From an uncultured delta proteobacterium (GTDB taxonomy: Bacteria; Myxococcota_A; Polyangia; Fen-1088), in assembly GCA_963737265.1 (NCBI GenBank), contig CAVTRY010000016.1, forward strand, positions 192,001 to 256,000: a stretch of DNA of 64,000 nucleotides. The letters are read 5' to 3'. The translations under genes and the position numbers were made by a program. Positions 20,121 to 31,224 of the stretch are shown one piece after another (within the stretch, counting starts at the first letter, position 1; the number at the start of each line of letters is the position of its first letter). The notes below the pieces were generated by a model. The model was not told where the DNA came from, made no database searches, and worked only from the letters and a program-made list of their open reading frames with translations.

Positions 20121-20768
20121 TCACGTCGACATCGGCTTCGCTGCGCGGGTCGTCGGCTTCGACGGGGGCATCCTCCTCGAAAACCGAGGGGGCGGCGGGC
20201 TTGCGGTGACTTGCACGATCCCCGGACCAAGCCGGCCGGCCGAGACCGAGTCGATGCGAGCCGCTCCGGCGAACGCGCGGTAGGCACCGACGATGAGGAT
20301 CGTCCCGACCACGGCGGCCACGATGGTCGTCCGCCGCGTCGTGCTTGGCACCAGAATGGATCTCGTCATCACGACCAAGTTCAGACACAGGATCATGACG
20401 AAGTCGGGACGGAACCCGATGGGGAGCATGGCCGCCATGGCGGTATAGAAGACCGCCGTCAAAATGATGGCTGCGTTTTCCAGGCCACGGATGGTGCGCA
20501 AGGCGTAGTGCCCTCGCCGGGCGATAAGCCAAACCGCAAAGTAGGTCGCCATGCCGATCACATGCGTGATCATGCTGGGATGGACGAGGGAGAGGCGGCC
20601 AGCCGCGAGTGAGCTGCCGACCCGAAAGACAAGGAAGGTCAACCCGAGCAGGAGGCCGGCAAGCGCGAACAGGGCCACGCGTTGCTGGAGGAACGCTTGG
20701 CTGTGCGTGGAGCCGCCAGCCGAATCATCATCGGCTGCTTCAGAGCGGTCGGTGGCAGAGACATGCAT
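20121..20768 (-). pseudogene. Truncated membrane sensor region resembling the N-terminus of myxobacterial membrane Ser/Thr kinases
   Basis: AFLQQRVALF followed by ~5 TM helices and RSILVPST; no kinase domain follows and the sequence turns unrelated near 20210. Confidence 0.4.
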
Positions 20769-21942
20769 GATCGGGCATTCAAGCTCGTGAATTTCGCGAT
20801 ACCCTCGCAGCGTATCCTGGCCGCGGTCGAATGTGAAGCGAGGGGATGGCGAGGAGGATGGCTCGCGGTCGTCACGGGGACGGCGCCCGCTGACGAGCTC
20901 TTGCAAAGAGAAGCCGCAGCCCCATGTCGCTCGTTTCATTGACCGGATACCTGGAAAGCAAGTCGTCAATAGAAGCAATGTCTCCCAATTGCAGCGCGGC
21001 GAGCATTGCGGCGGACAGTTGCCAGGGCTCGGCGATTCCCGGCTTGTCCGTGCGCGAGAGGCTGGCGCCCGCAATCTCGCGGACGGTGCGAAAGTCGCCC
21101 TGGTTGATTGCCGAAAGGAGCGACCACAGCTGGCCCGCAGACGGCGGAAGCACGCCAAGGTCGGCATGCGAACGGATGGTCCGCAAGAGGGTTTCCACAT
21201 CTTCGTTGGTCAGGTAGGAAGCCGTTGCAGTCCACAGCCATTCGAGGGCGGACATCCACGCTTGGGCACCGACGGCGATGCCTTCAGGGCTGGCCGACGG
21301 ATCGCGTCCGGGCGGTTCTACAAGTATTTGCAGTGCATTCTGCACCCTGAAAGCCGACTGCGGCAGCGGGGTCTTGGTCGTGAGGTAATCGAAGAGCATG
21401 CGTGCGCGCACCGCCGCCTCTTCGTTTGTGCTGGGCGAACGACCGGAGCGGCGCCGGTCTTCCAGAATATCGACCAGCGGAAGCCAATAGTGGCGCAAAC
21501 TGCTCAGCTTCGTGTAACTGTCGCCTTGACCCAGGACCATGGCCTTGAATGCCAGCAAATCGAGCAGCGGATGGTAATCCGAATTGGCGGGAAGTTGGTA
21601 GGATTCGAACAGGGGATGGAGCGACCGTCTGCTTCCTAAGTAGTGCGCTCGAAGATCCCCGCGATTGTCGATGCCGTTTTCATGCAGGAATCTCGAAACG
21701 CCAGGAACAAACAGGGTCGAATCGCTGACCCGATCATAGGAAACATCGTTGCCCGCCACGATGATCATGAAGTACCCGGCGTTGAAGATGCTGTAGTCGC
21801 GAAAATTCTGTCCGAGGGCCTTCATGACGGAAGCTAGCAGCGGCATGCTCGTGGGATGAATCCACTGAACGAACACGCCGCCGGGGGACACGTGCCGGCG
21901 AATCAATTGGTAGAACTCTTTCGAGAAGAGACCGGCGACCCC

Positions 21943-23370
21943 CATAGGCATTAACCCAAAAACTTGCGATTTCTCCAAGAACGCCCGCATATGCTCGGGA
22001 TGGACAACATAGCGAAGGACAGCACCACGGGCGACTGGCCAATGATTGCGGCGCAGCTTCCATCCGGATGGGAGGATCTGGCGGTCGAGATGGGCGTGGT
22101 CTACACGAAGTTTCCGGCGCACATGGGCACGAAGGTGACCGAGGCGGCACATTTGCTGCAGCCGATTCTGTACCAGGTGGCGACGAACTCGTCGCTGGCC
22201 GTGACGGTGGCGATGGCGGCGGCGGCCGGGGTGATCAAGATGTCGGCAGTCGGGCTGCACAAGCGAATGAGAACCATTGGTCCCTACCTGGCGCGACTGG
22301 TGACGCTGATGACGGATGCCGAGGCTTCGTTCGCAGCGGAGCGATGGGCGGGCTACGACGTGGTGATCGTGGACGGCTCTTCGGTGTCGCGGCCAGGAGC
22401 CGAGGGCACCACGGCTCGCGTTCACTATGCGCTGCGCTTGAGCACGTTGCGGCCTGTGCAAATCGAGGTCACGGATGACAAGGGCGGCGAGACGTTCAGA
22501 AACTTCGATGCCGAGGCGGGACAACTGTGGATGGGCGACCGCGGCTACTCGAACCCGCCTGGCATAGCGGCGATCATGGCGGCGGATGCCGACGTACTGG
22601 TCCGATACAACCGTGGCTCGCTTCCTCTGTACGGCATGAACGGGCAGCTACTCGACGTTCAGCGAATGCTGGCTCGCCTCAAGCATCCGGGGGTTGCACG
22701 CGAATGGTACGCAGAGGTCCATCCGCAGGGTGGCAAGGCGATCGCTGGCCGGCTGTGCGCGTTGCTCTTGCCGCCCGACAAAGCAGAGGAGGCTCGGCAG
22801 CGCGCGCGACGGGAACAAGGTCCGTCTGTGACTGAGGAAACCCTTGCGGCCGCGCAGTACGTGGTGGTGTTCACGACCGTACCGAGGTCGCGGCTGACCG
22901 CCGCCCTGGTCATGGAACTATACGGCCTCCGCTGGCAAATCGAGCTTCACATCAAGCGGGACAAATCCATCGCAGGGCTCGACCGACTGCCCAACTTTCG
23001 CAACGACACTGTCTATTCCTGGATTTGCGCCAAGATGCTGCTTACCCAGATCGCCCGCAAACTTGCTACACCCAACGTGGCTATTCCCCCCTGTGGAGAA
23101 CTCGACTGGTTCGGCATCCGACGAGCCGCAGAAAGGCGTCAGGGCCGGACTCAGGCGATCAAAGCACCGGGTCGTAGCCGAGCCATGGCGTCTCATGACC
23201 GTCCTCTGGCAAACCGTATGCGCGGCGCTCACGCCGATCAGCGCCAGTCGGTTTCCCGATTTCTTGCAGGCATTCCTTGACCACCTTCAACTCCAAGTCC
23301 CGCGCAAGCGTCTACGCAGCGCCGTTAAGTTCCAGCAACATCTTGCGGAGGAATTGGGTTAATGCCTATG
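21943..23370 (+). mobile_element. IS4-family insertion sequence (1428 bp)
   Basis: 17-bp perfect TIRs CATAGGCATTAACCCAA (21943-21959, 23354-23370); 11-bp TSD CCGGCGACCCC (21932-21942, 23371-23381). Confidence 0.93.
22000..23280 (+). CDS. IS4-family DDE transposase (possible frameshift near 23085)
   Basis: VDGSSV, GDRGY, YGLRWQIELHIKRDKS (YREK signature); start approximate. Confidence 0.88.
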   Translation: MDNIAKDSTTGDWPMIAAQLPSGWEDLAVEMGVVYTKFPAHMGTKVTEAAHLLQPILYQVATNSSLAVTVAMAAAAGVIKMSAVGLHKRMRTIGPYLARLVTLMTDAEASFAAERWAGYDVVIVDGSSVSRPGAEGTTARVHYALRLSTLRPVQIEVTDDKGGETFRNFDAEAGQLWMGDRGYSNPPGIAAIMAADADVLVRYNRGSLPLYGMNGQLLDVQRMLARLKHPGVAREWYAEVHPQGGKAIAGRLCALLLPPDKAEEARQRARREQGPSVTEETLAAAQYVVVFTTVPRSRLTAALVMELYGLRWQIELHIKRDKSIAGLDRLPNFRNDTVYSWICAKMLLTQIARKLATPNVAIPPCGELDWFGIRRAAERRQGRTQAIKAPGRSRAMASHDRPLANRMRGAHADQRQSVSRFLAGIP

Positions 23371-25396
23371 CCGGCGACCCCGCTGACCCAGACGTAGCTG
23401 ATATCGGCGACGACAATATCGAACTGGGTGTTCTTCCACGAAAAGAACGACTTGGCATCCTCGACGAAGAGATGGCAGCGCGGGTCGGCGTAGACGTCCG
23501 AGACCCAAGGGGCAAGGTATTTGGCGCCCTCGAACATTTGCTCTTCGATTTCTATGACGTCCACCGACTGAATGGCCGGATCGGAGAGAAAGACGCGTGC
23601 ATTGAAGCCCGTTCCTACGCCGAAGGTCGCGACGGTTCGGGGATTTTGGGTCATGGCAACAGGAATTGCGGCCAGCAGGGTGGAGTTGAGGGTGATGAGA
23701 TTGGGGCCGTCGCCGATGAGCCCGACCGACATACCGTTGGTGGAAATGCCGACGGTGCCGTCCTGCGGGTAGCGAATGACGTCGATGGAAGCCGTCTTAC
23801 CGTCTTTGTGGAATAGAACGGTCTTGTCGAGCTGACTGCTATTGGAGTCGGTAAACAGAAGGGAGGACATTCGCTTCGTGTCGAACTTCGCCGACCATGC
23901 CACGAGCATGACGACGCTCAAGGAAAAGATGGCGGCGACGGGAGCCCAGCGCTTGCGTCGTCCCTTTCCCACGAATAGCGTGACGCCGATGGCCATATCG
24001 ATCGCGCCGCCGAGGAGCATGAGTGCCTTGAGGCCGAGCAGCGGGAGAACGACCTGTACGGACAGCGCGACGCCAACAATGGCCCCTAACGTATTGGCGG
24101 CATACACGGCGCCGATAGATCGCTCCCCGTATCGCGTCGCCAAGAGATGGCGCGTGATGAGAGGCAACGTCATTCCGGCGCAGATGGTGGCAGGGAGCAT
24201 GATGGCCAAGGCCAGCCCTTGACTGGACAATTGAAGCAAGAGGTAGCGCGAGTCGGGCCGAAGCCGACCGATGGAGCCGTACAGTGCTCCCATCCAGTCG
24301 AAGGTCGTGTTGTACAGGGCGATAGTCGCCAGGGCCAGGGCACCCATCGCCAATTGAATGAAGGCGAGAGCGCTTCTTCGATCGGACAGAGAATCAATCG
24401 TCCTGTGAATGAGGAGGCTGCCAATGGCAAGCCCCAAGATGAAGGCACTGAGCATGAGCTCGAACGCATGCGTGTACGTTCCCACCACGAGGCCGAGCAT
24501 GCGGATCCAACCGATCTCGTACATGAACGAAGAGGCTCCGGTGAGCGCCGCCACAGCGAGATACTTGTAAAGCGCCTCCCTCCCGGTCTTTGCATCCCCT
24601 TCGGGCACGATGGTCGGTGCCTGCGCTGTCGGGACGTCGGCGCGGCATAGTGCCCAAACCGCGGCCGCGATCGCAAGGTTCAGTGCTCCTGCGACGGCCA
24701 GGGTGCCAGGATACCCGAGGGCAGCGAGCAGCACATAGCCACAGACCAGGACGCCGACGGCGCCGCCGAGGCTGTTGGTGAAGTAGAGAATGGCGAGGGT
24801 ACGACCGGGCTTTTCGGGAGAAGCTCGGAGGAGCCCGCAGCTCATCAAGGGAAAGGTCGTGCCAAGGAGGATCGATTGCGGCACGATGAGCAGGGCCGCG
24901 AGCCCCCACTTGTAGAGGTGCAGCAGACCGGGCCGATGCAGATGAGGGAGGACGGCCCGGTAGGAACCATCGGTCACGAAGACGTAGACCGGATGAAAGA
25001 ACATGGCGAGAAGACCGATCGTCGCCTCGCAGAGGGCGTAGTAGAGAAGGGGACGGCGAATACGCTCACCGCGCGGCACGATCGAGAACGCACCCAGGGC
25101 CATGCCTCCCATGAAGATCATCAGCACCAGCATCTGGGCGTATGCGGCATGACCAAGGAAGAGCTTCAGATAGTGGCTCCACAGCGACTCGTACATCACA
25201 CCGGAGAAGCCAGAGAGACCGAAGAGGATGAAATAGAGCGACTTTTTCGACATCGGCGGCTCTTTCGCGGGATGCGGGCGGTGAAGTGCAGGACGAAGTG
25301 GAGAATGGGCCAGGTGCGACCCGACGACACTACTACGCCCATGCCGGCGATGGTGCATTCATCGAAGCGGCGCTCTCGGCCACTGAAGATTGCTTC

Positions 25397-25759
25397 CTAC
25401 TGCCGGCCTCGTTTTTCAGCGACGCGTGCCTCGATCAACTTGCGCACGAGCGCTGCCGGCAACGGCTCGTCGGGATGGAAATGAAGGGAGGACTTGGTTT
25501 GGCCGTATGCCCTGAGATCCTCGGCCAGCGCGCCCAGCGTCGACCCACTGAACGGGAAGTACGAACATCCCTTCGCCGTCGCGCAGAATCCGGCGACCAC
25601 GACCCCGTCGAGGCGGAACGCCGGGATTCTGTAGCTTATGCATTCCTCGGCCGCGGGAATGATCGATCGAATCGTGTTGCGGAGCTTGCCCAGCACCGCC
25701 CGCTTCTCGCTGCTCAAGGGTGCAAGGTACTCATCTATGGTCCTGGGCTTACCTGACAT
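25397..25759 (-). CDS. DUF1801 (YdhG-like) protein
   Basis: TIDEYLA..LRNTI..AEECISYRIPAF..TKSSLHF..PLP.ALVRKLI. Confidence 0.85.
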   Translation of the reverse strand: MSGKPRTIDEYLAPLSSEKRAVLGKLRNTIRSIIPAAEECISYRIPAFRLDGVVVAGFCATAKGCSYFPFSGSTLGALAEDLRAYGQTKSSLHFHPDEPLPAALVRKLIEARVAEKRGRQ

Positions 25760-25870
25760 CGGCAACTTCCCTTTCGATGCCGGTCCCCCGCTTAGGTCAC
25801 GGGATCCCCAAGGACACATAAGACGTCCCGACCTGTTGCGGGTCGCCTCGGGTTGTGCGATGCAAGTCCC

Positions 25871-26881
25871 ATGCGTCGATCGCTTCGTCCACTCCTCTGC
25901 TTTCTCGTCCCGCTTCTCGTTCCGGCCTGCAAAGTCAAAACCCAACCCGACAGCAAGGGCGCCGTGGGACCACAGACCATTCTCGCGCGGATTGACGACG
26001 TTCCCATCACGACCGGGGACATGAAGGAATTGCTCGCGCGTTACGCCAGCCAGCCGTTCGTGCTCGCGCGCTACTCGTCGATCGAAAAGAAGAAGGAGCT
26101 GCTCGACAGCCTCATCCGCTACGACGTGCTCGCCCTGGAAGCTCGCAAGCGAGGCTACGAGCGCGACCCCGAGGTGCAGCGCGTGGCCAAGGACAAGATG
26201 GTCAAGCTGTTCACCCAGCAGCAGATCTTCGATAGGGTAAAGCTGTCGGACGTGCCCGATGCGGATGTGGAGAAATACTACAAGGATCACCCGACGGAGT
26301 ACCTGCGGCCCGAGACCGTGCGCGTGAGCCAGATCCTTGTCAAAGACAAGGCAAAGGCGCTGAAGATCCTGGCCGAGGTCAAAGCCCTGCCCAAGCTCGA
26401 CTGGAAGGCCTTCCGCGATCTCGTGGCGAAATATTCCGAGGACGCCGATTCCAAACCGCGCGGCGGCGACTTGACCCAATTCGACCGCACCTCCACCCAG
26501 CACCCGCAACCCGTGGTAGCGGCGGCGTTCGCGCTGAAGGACGTCGGCGACGTCTCCGAGTTGGTGGCCGTCAACACGGGCTTCGCACTTCTCAAGCTGG
26601 CCGAGCATCATCCCGCGCTTTCGCGCTCCCTCGAAGACGCAAAGCTCGAGATTCAGAAGCGCCTGCTGGTCGACCTGCGCACGAAACGGAAGAACGAGTT
26701 CGTTGAAGCGGCCCGCAAGGATGTCAACGTGGAAATCTACGAGGACGAATTAGCCAAGCTGGATCTCGCCGGCGCCAGCTCCGTCGACGGCGGTGCCACG
26801 GCCGGCCCCGCTGCCGCCCTAGCGCCAGGCAGAGAACGAGCCGGGCACGACGCCGGCGCCGTGGTAAAAACCCTGCCATGA
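25871..26881 (+). CDS. PpiC/parvulin-type peptidyl-prolyl isomerase lipoprotein
   Basis: Lipobox VPAC; ILARID; VRVSQILVK; LVAKYSED..SKPRGGDL. Confidence 0.85.
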   Translation: MRRSLRPLLCFLVPLLVPACKVKTQPDSKGAVGPQTILARIDDVPITTGDMKELLARYASQPFVLARYSSIEKKKELLDSLIRYDVLALEARKRGYERDPEVQRVAKDKMVKLFTQQQIFDRVKLSDVPDADVEKYYKDHPTEYLRPETVRVSQILVKDKAKALKILAEVKALPKLDWKAFRDLVAKYSEDADSKPRGGDLTQFDRTSTQHPQPVVAAAFALKDVGDVSELVAVNTGFALLKLAEHHPALSRSLEDAKLEIQKRLLVDLRTKRKNEFVEAARKDVNVEIYEDELAKLDLAGASSVDGGATAGPAAALAPGRERAGHDAGAVVKTLP

Positions 26882-27847
26882 AGCACCTTCGCACCCCCGC
26901 TGCGGCGCTAGGCATGGTCTTGCTGGGCACGGCCAGCACGGCCCAAGCCCGCGTCGTGGAGAAAATCGTCGCCCTGGTGGGGGACGACATCGTTCTGCAG
27001 AGCGAGGTCGAGGACCGCGCAACGCCCCTCATGGCGGAAATCGCGGCCATCGCCAACCCGACCGAACGCGAGGCGCGCACCAACGCCATTCGCCGCGAAG
27101 TCTTGGAGCGACTCATCGACGATCAACTGCTGGCCCAACAGGCGACGGAGCTCAAGCTGACCGTCGGCAGCGACGAGATCGATCGAGCCATCGCGCAAAT
27201 CAAGCGGGACTACAGCCTGACCGACGATCAGCTCAAGGATGAGCTGCGCAAGCAGGGCCTCAGCATGGCGGCCTACCGCATGAACACCAAGAAAGAGATT
27301 CTCAAGTACCGCGTGCTCAACATCGCCGTCGGGTCCAAGATCAACGTCGGCGACAGCGAAGTGCAGAGCTACTACGACCGCCACATGAAATCGGCCAACG
27401 TGCAAATGCGCGCCAGCCACATCTTCATCGCCATTCCCGATGGCGCCGACAATGCGACCCTGGTTCGAGCGCGAGAAGCTGGCCAAGTCGTTGCTTGCCC
27501 GGGCTCAACAAGGCGAGGACTTCGCCAAGCTGGCGCGCGAATATTCCGAAGACGCGGGCACGCGCGCCGAGGGCGGCGACCTGGGATTCATCGGGCGCGA
27601 CATCCTGCCCAAGCCCATCGAAGAGCTCGTATTCTCCATGCGCGTGGGCGACATCCGCGGCCCCGTGCGCGCCGATCGCGGCTACCACGTCATCAAGCTG
27701 GTGGACAAACGCATCGGGGCCGCCAAGCCGCTGGCCGACGTTCAGGACGATATCCGCATTCGGCTGCGCCAGCGCGAGATGGAGCGACAAACCAAGATCT
27801 ACCTCGGCGATCTGCGCAAGAAGATCCTCGTCGACGTGCGGCTGTAG
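26878..27847 (+). CDS. surA: SurA-family chaperone/PPIase with an apparent 1-nt insertion at ~27464
   Basis: VEKIVALVGDDIVLQSEV (SurA N domain); MRASHIFI; rotamase motifs FAKLAREYSED..GGDLG..GYHVIKL continue in the 27440-27847 frame. Confidence 0.75.
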
Positions 27848-27854
27848 CCGACGC

Positions 27855-29039
27855 TCACAGCAGAACGAGAAAAAGCGCCGCCCACAGCATGCCTTGGTCG
27901 GCGAAGTACAGGCCCGCTCGTCCTCGGTAGGGACGCCCCGCGCTGGTGTAGAGCTCGAGAAAATTCTGGTCGCGCTCGACCACGGCGGCGACGGCACGCC
28001 GGTGCGATGCAAAGCTGTCGCCATCGACGTCGCGCAGAAGACCGAGATAGACGGGCCCGATTTGCATCCAGCTGGTGTCGCCCTGGTAGTTGGGGGCAAA
28101 CAGACGCGGAATGATGAGCTCGCTCTCGGGTAGCCGACGTTGAAAATAGCGCAGCGGCACGGGCTTGGTGAAGCCGAGCCGATCGAGGCTCGCCAGCGCC
28201 CGCCGTTTCATTTCGGGATCGGTTTCCACCTCGAAAAAGAAAGGCCAAATGTTGGCGTCGCCCGAAGGCTCGTCGCGATCGAGCGCGTCCCTGAAATAGT
28301 CGCCGCGCCAGAAGCTCTCGCGAATTCGGCTGGCCACGTTGGATCCGTGCAGCGGGTTCGGCAGGACGTCCTGATGGTCGAGCAGGCGTTCCAGCAAGGC
28401 CAGCATGGTGTTGGCGAAAGCGGTCGATCGCCCGGTGATGCAGTCGCGGGGCGCGGAAAAGTAACGGTCGCCGCGCGCGAGACCCGACTCGGGATCGAAG
28501 ACGGTTGCGACGTAGCGCTCGACTTCCAAGGCCAGGAAATCGCGGTGCCGCGGCACGAGGTCGTGCGCCCCGGCTTGCTCCAGCCCGAACAGCAGCATGG
28601 GCAACGAGTCGCACGCGTAGCTGTACACATCACGCGGGTAGCGGCCAGCGAAAATGGTCGTGGTCAGTCGCCGCGCGCGCGCGAAGGTCGCCAGCGCCCA
28701 GGTCCAAGACTTTAGAACCTTGTCGCGGTAACCGAGGCGGCACAACGCCCCGGTGCACATGGCCAGATCGCGCGTCCAGAACTGATGAAAGTGGCCAGCC
28801 GATCCGGCAAAGAACTGGCCGGTCCAACAGTCGTCGATCACCGCGCGGCAGATGGCCTCGACGCTGCCCGAGTAGCGTTTCCACCCGAGCGTTCTGCGCA
28901 GAAGGGAAAGCACCGCCACGCGCACGCCGGCCGCGATGAGTACCGGATCGAAGGGCAACGGTGCCGACTGGTACGGAATAAGCTCGTGCCCCGCCGAAGG
29001 CGTGGGCGCCAAAGCCACCGAATCTTTCGCCGTGGACAT
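27855..29039 (-). CDS. Six-hairpin glycosidase-like protein
   Basis: HFHQFWTRDL motif; PNYQGDTSW; NFLELY; start ATG 29039 (the ORF-track extension lies inside the IS). Confidence 0.6.
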   Translation of the reverse strand: MSTAKDSVALAPTPSAGHELIPYQSAPLPFDPVLIAAGVRVAVLSLLRRTLGWKRYSGSVEAICRAVIDDCWTGQFFAGSAGHFHQFWTRDLAMCTGALCRLGYRDKVLKSWTWALATFARARRLTTTIFAGRYPRDVYSYACDSLPMLLFGLEQAGAHDLVPRHRDFLALEVERYVATVFDPESGLARGDRYFSAPRDCITGRSTAFANTMLALLERLLDHQDVLPNPLHGSNVASRIRESFWRGDYFRDALDRDEPSGDANIWPFFFEVETDPEMKRRALASLDRLGFTKPVPLRYFQRRLPESELIIPRLFAPNYQGDTSWMQIGPVYLGLLRDVDGDSFASHRRAVAAVVERDQNFLELYTSAGRPYRGRAGLYFADQGMLWAALFLVLL

Positions 29040-29130
29040 GTCGTTTGGATACAGCGAATGGGGTTTGGGATCCTTCTGGCGGCGAAAATTGCCACTAAAG
29101 ACGGCTAACCGCAATCCCGCGACCAGCACC

Positions 29131-30912
29131 GGGTGGGTTGCACGGGTCCGGGTTTCATGACTGGGCGGCCTGGGCTTGGGTGTGAGGCCAGAGGGCGAGC
29201 CAGGCCCCCGGGTTGTAGAAGGCAACCCTGAGCGCGACCATGGCTTCAAGGCCGACCTCGCTCCAGAGCATGCCGCCTTGCTTGCAGCGCCGGCCGACGA
29301 GGCGCTTGTTGGTGCTTTCGATGGCGGCACTGGCCAGCGGATAGCCGGCAGCATGGTATGCGGGGTAGTCCATCATGTGCTTGTGGCGGCTCAGGTAGCC
29401 GGTCAAGTCGTCGAGGGCTTTGACCGCTTGGCTGCCGGTGGAGCGCTGCCGCTCTTGGGCGAGGCCCGAGAGCACCTGGTCGACCTTGCCGTCCATGATG
29501 GCCTCGGTACGTGGCAAGACCCAAGATGGCACTGCTTTCTTGTCCGGCACGACCTTGTGACCTGCCTCCCAGACATGCTGCTTGGCGTGCTGGCAGTCGA
29601 GGATGCCAAGCAACGGCTGGTCGCAGAAGATCTCGTCGCTGTGCTCGATGAAGTAAGCGCCACCGTCGGAGACACGGACTACCTTCTGGCGAGACAGCAC
29701 GCCCTGGGTCGTGGCGGCGGCGTGCAGCTTGTGCCAAAAGCCGTCTCGGTCGTTGAGTGTTGCGACGTAGCGCCGGTCCAGCAAGACGCCTCGGCCGGGG
29801 CTCTCCTCGCAGGCGTGTTCCCCGAGGTAGGTCAGTCCCATGCACACCTCGCGGCCGGCGACCCGTGGTGAGCGCCCGGTGGGCCCCATGGGCGAGCCAG
29901 CGACCTCGGACAGGGTACTCGGCGCCTGATGGCGAAGGGCACGTTCGCCGGTCTCGCTGACCGCTGCCGACTGTGTGGCGTTCGGGACCGCAGACGGCGC
30001 CTTCGCCTCGTCGGTCGCTTTGCGCCGTGGCTCTTGTCCTGGTTTCCAGGTCAGGACGTGAACACCGTCAACCTCGATCACGCCGAAGCCCTCTGTACGC
30101 TTGGGCGCACACAGGTCACCGCGAGCCTGGGCGTGCACCTGTTGGTCGTACTTGCTCCAATGGGCTTCGGCATCGGCCTGGGCGGCCTGGGCGGCACGCG
30201 TTCCATCTTCGGTCACCCATCGTTTGGCGGTGCTCCCGTCGGGAGCCACGGCCCACAGGTAACGGAGTTCCTCGACGGCCTCGTCGAAGCTGCCCATCCG
30301 GCAGGCCAGCCTTTCGGTCGCCTCGCGCACATCGTCGGCGTATTCGCCCGCAGGAAGGCCCCAAGCCTCGTCAAAGGCAAACCAGCTGCGGCCGCAAACA
30401 CACTCGTTGCGTCGACGATCGGCTTCCACCCGACCGAATCTCGCCACGAACGTCGTTCTCTCAAATCCTCTAGATTTGGCTTGCTTTCCACAGGTGCAGA
30501 CTTGTCCAGGTCCATGAGCCCGCGCGGCCTGTTGGATGACCAGTTCCATGGCTCTTCGGCCCACAGCCGACAACGTCGTCGCCAGCGCAGCCCCCAGCGT
30601 CGCCACGGACATGCCATCGCCGCGCAGCGCTTGTTGTTCGAGCTCGTTCAATTTCTGGACGAGCGGTTCCAGAGCCTGCAAAGTCAATCCTGCGACATTG
30701 GGTCGTCTCATGGCGGTGCCTCCTTCTTGGATAGCTGAAGGCATCGCCATGAATCTCCTTCCTACGCAAATTCCTTCCATTTTGGGAACCACGCCAGGGC
30801 CCGTTTTCCGAGCGCGCCACCCACCAACTCGCCCTCGAATCAACGTCCCGTAGCGCGCTCGGAAAACGGGCCCTTCAGCCGCCACCAGAACCCGGGCCCG
30901 TGCAACCCACCC
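29131..30912 (-). mobile_element. ISKra4/ISLre2-type (mutator-like) IS, copy 1 (1782 bp)
   Basis: TIRs GGGTGGGTTGCACGGG / CCCGTGCAACCCACCC; flanks ACCAGCACC vs TACAGCACC (7/9 match); near-identical to 39273-41054. Confidence 0.9.
29155..30711 (-). CDS. ISKra4/ISLre2-type transposase
   Basis: EVDG, SDGG, LDCQHAKQH, GYPLASAAIES..RCKQGGMLW; GGAGG RBS before ATG 30711. Confidence 0.88.
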   Translation of the reverse strand: MRRPNVAGLTLQALEPLVQKLNELEQQALRGDGMSVATLGAALATTLSAVGRRAMELVIQQAARAHGPGQVCTCGKQAKSRGFERTTFVARFGRVEADRRRNECVCGRSWFAFDEAWGLPAGEYADDVREATERLACRMGSFDEAVEELRYLWAVAPDGSTAKRWVTEDGTRAAQAAQADAEAHWSKYDQQVHAQARGDLCAPKRTEGFGVIEVDGVHVLTWKPGQEPRRKATDEAKAPSAVPNATQSAAVSETGERALRHQAPSTLSEVAGSPMGPTGRSPRVAGREVCMGLTYLGEHACEESPGRGVLLDRRYVATLNDRDGFWHKLHAAATTQGVLSRQKVVRVSDGGAYFIEHSDEIFCDQPLLGILDCQHAKQHVWEAGHKVVPDKKAVPSWVLPRTEAIMDGKVDQVLSGLAQERQRSTGSQAVKALDDLTGYLSRHKHMMDYPAYHAAGYPLASAAIESTNKRLVGRRCKQGGMLWSEVGLEAMVALRVAFYNPGAWLALWPHTQAQAAQS

Positions 30913-31153
30913 TACAGCACCTTCGCGGGCCCGTCTTCAGATCGGGATAGACCCCGCCACCCGGGGCGAAATCAGCCGTCGCGGGAATATCCTCGATTCG
31001 TGGAAAAAGTCCTTCGATGTGCGCTTTCACGTCCGCGGCTGCCATGGTGACCTCGCAAGCTTGAGTTCTGGGCCGCATGGTACACGGCTTGTCGCCGCAA
31101 CTTCAACGCAAGCCCGGAAGCGGCCGAAGCGAAATACCCTCGACACAGGACGT

Positions 31154-31182
31154 TTGACCGAGCCTCCCGTCTTGTCTATCCT
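31154..31182 (+). promoter_or_regulatory. Putative sigma70 promoter for the SBP-OmpA / phosphatase operon
   Basis: TTGACC-N17-TATCCT. Confidence 0.5.
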
Positions 31183-31224
31183 CGCTGTGCCACCGGCTTC
31201 GATGGCTTGCGGCCAAGGAGAACC

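Larger units (their letters stand above)
20872..25253 (-). pseudogene. Fused MFS-like / spermidine-synthase-like methyltransferase interrupted by IS4 (pieces 25253-23371 and 21931-20872)
   Basis: SGFSGVMYE..W..YLKLFLGHAAYA; GTTFP; YFTNSLGG; GVGTG, IEIE, EDA; removing the IS restores WVSGVAGLFSKEFY..PGGVFVQW. Confidence 0.88.

Noticed and set aside
25397-26611. ORF-track N-terminal extensions (also 35656, 42890, 43375, 60046, 61302, 62471, 29354, 17427)
   Set aside because: They overlap neighbouring genes; downstream starts match the family N-termini and RBS.
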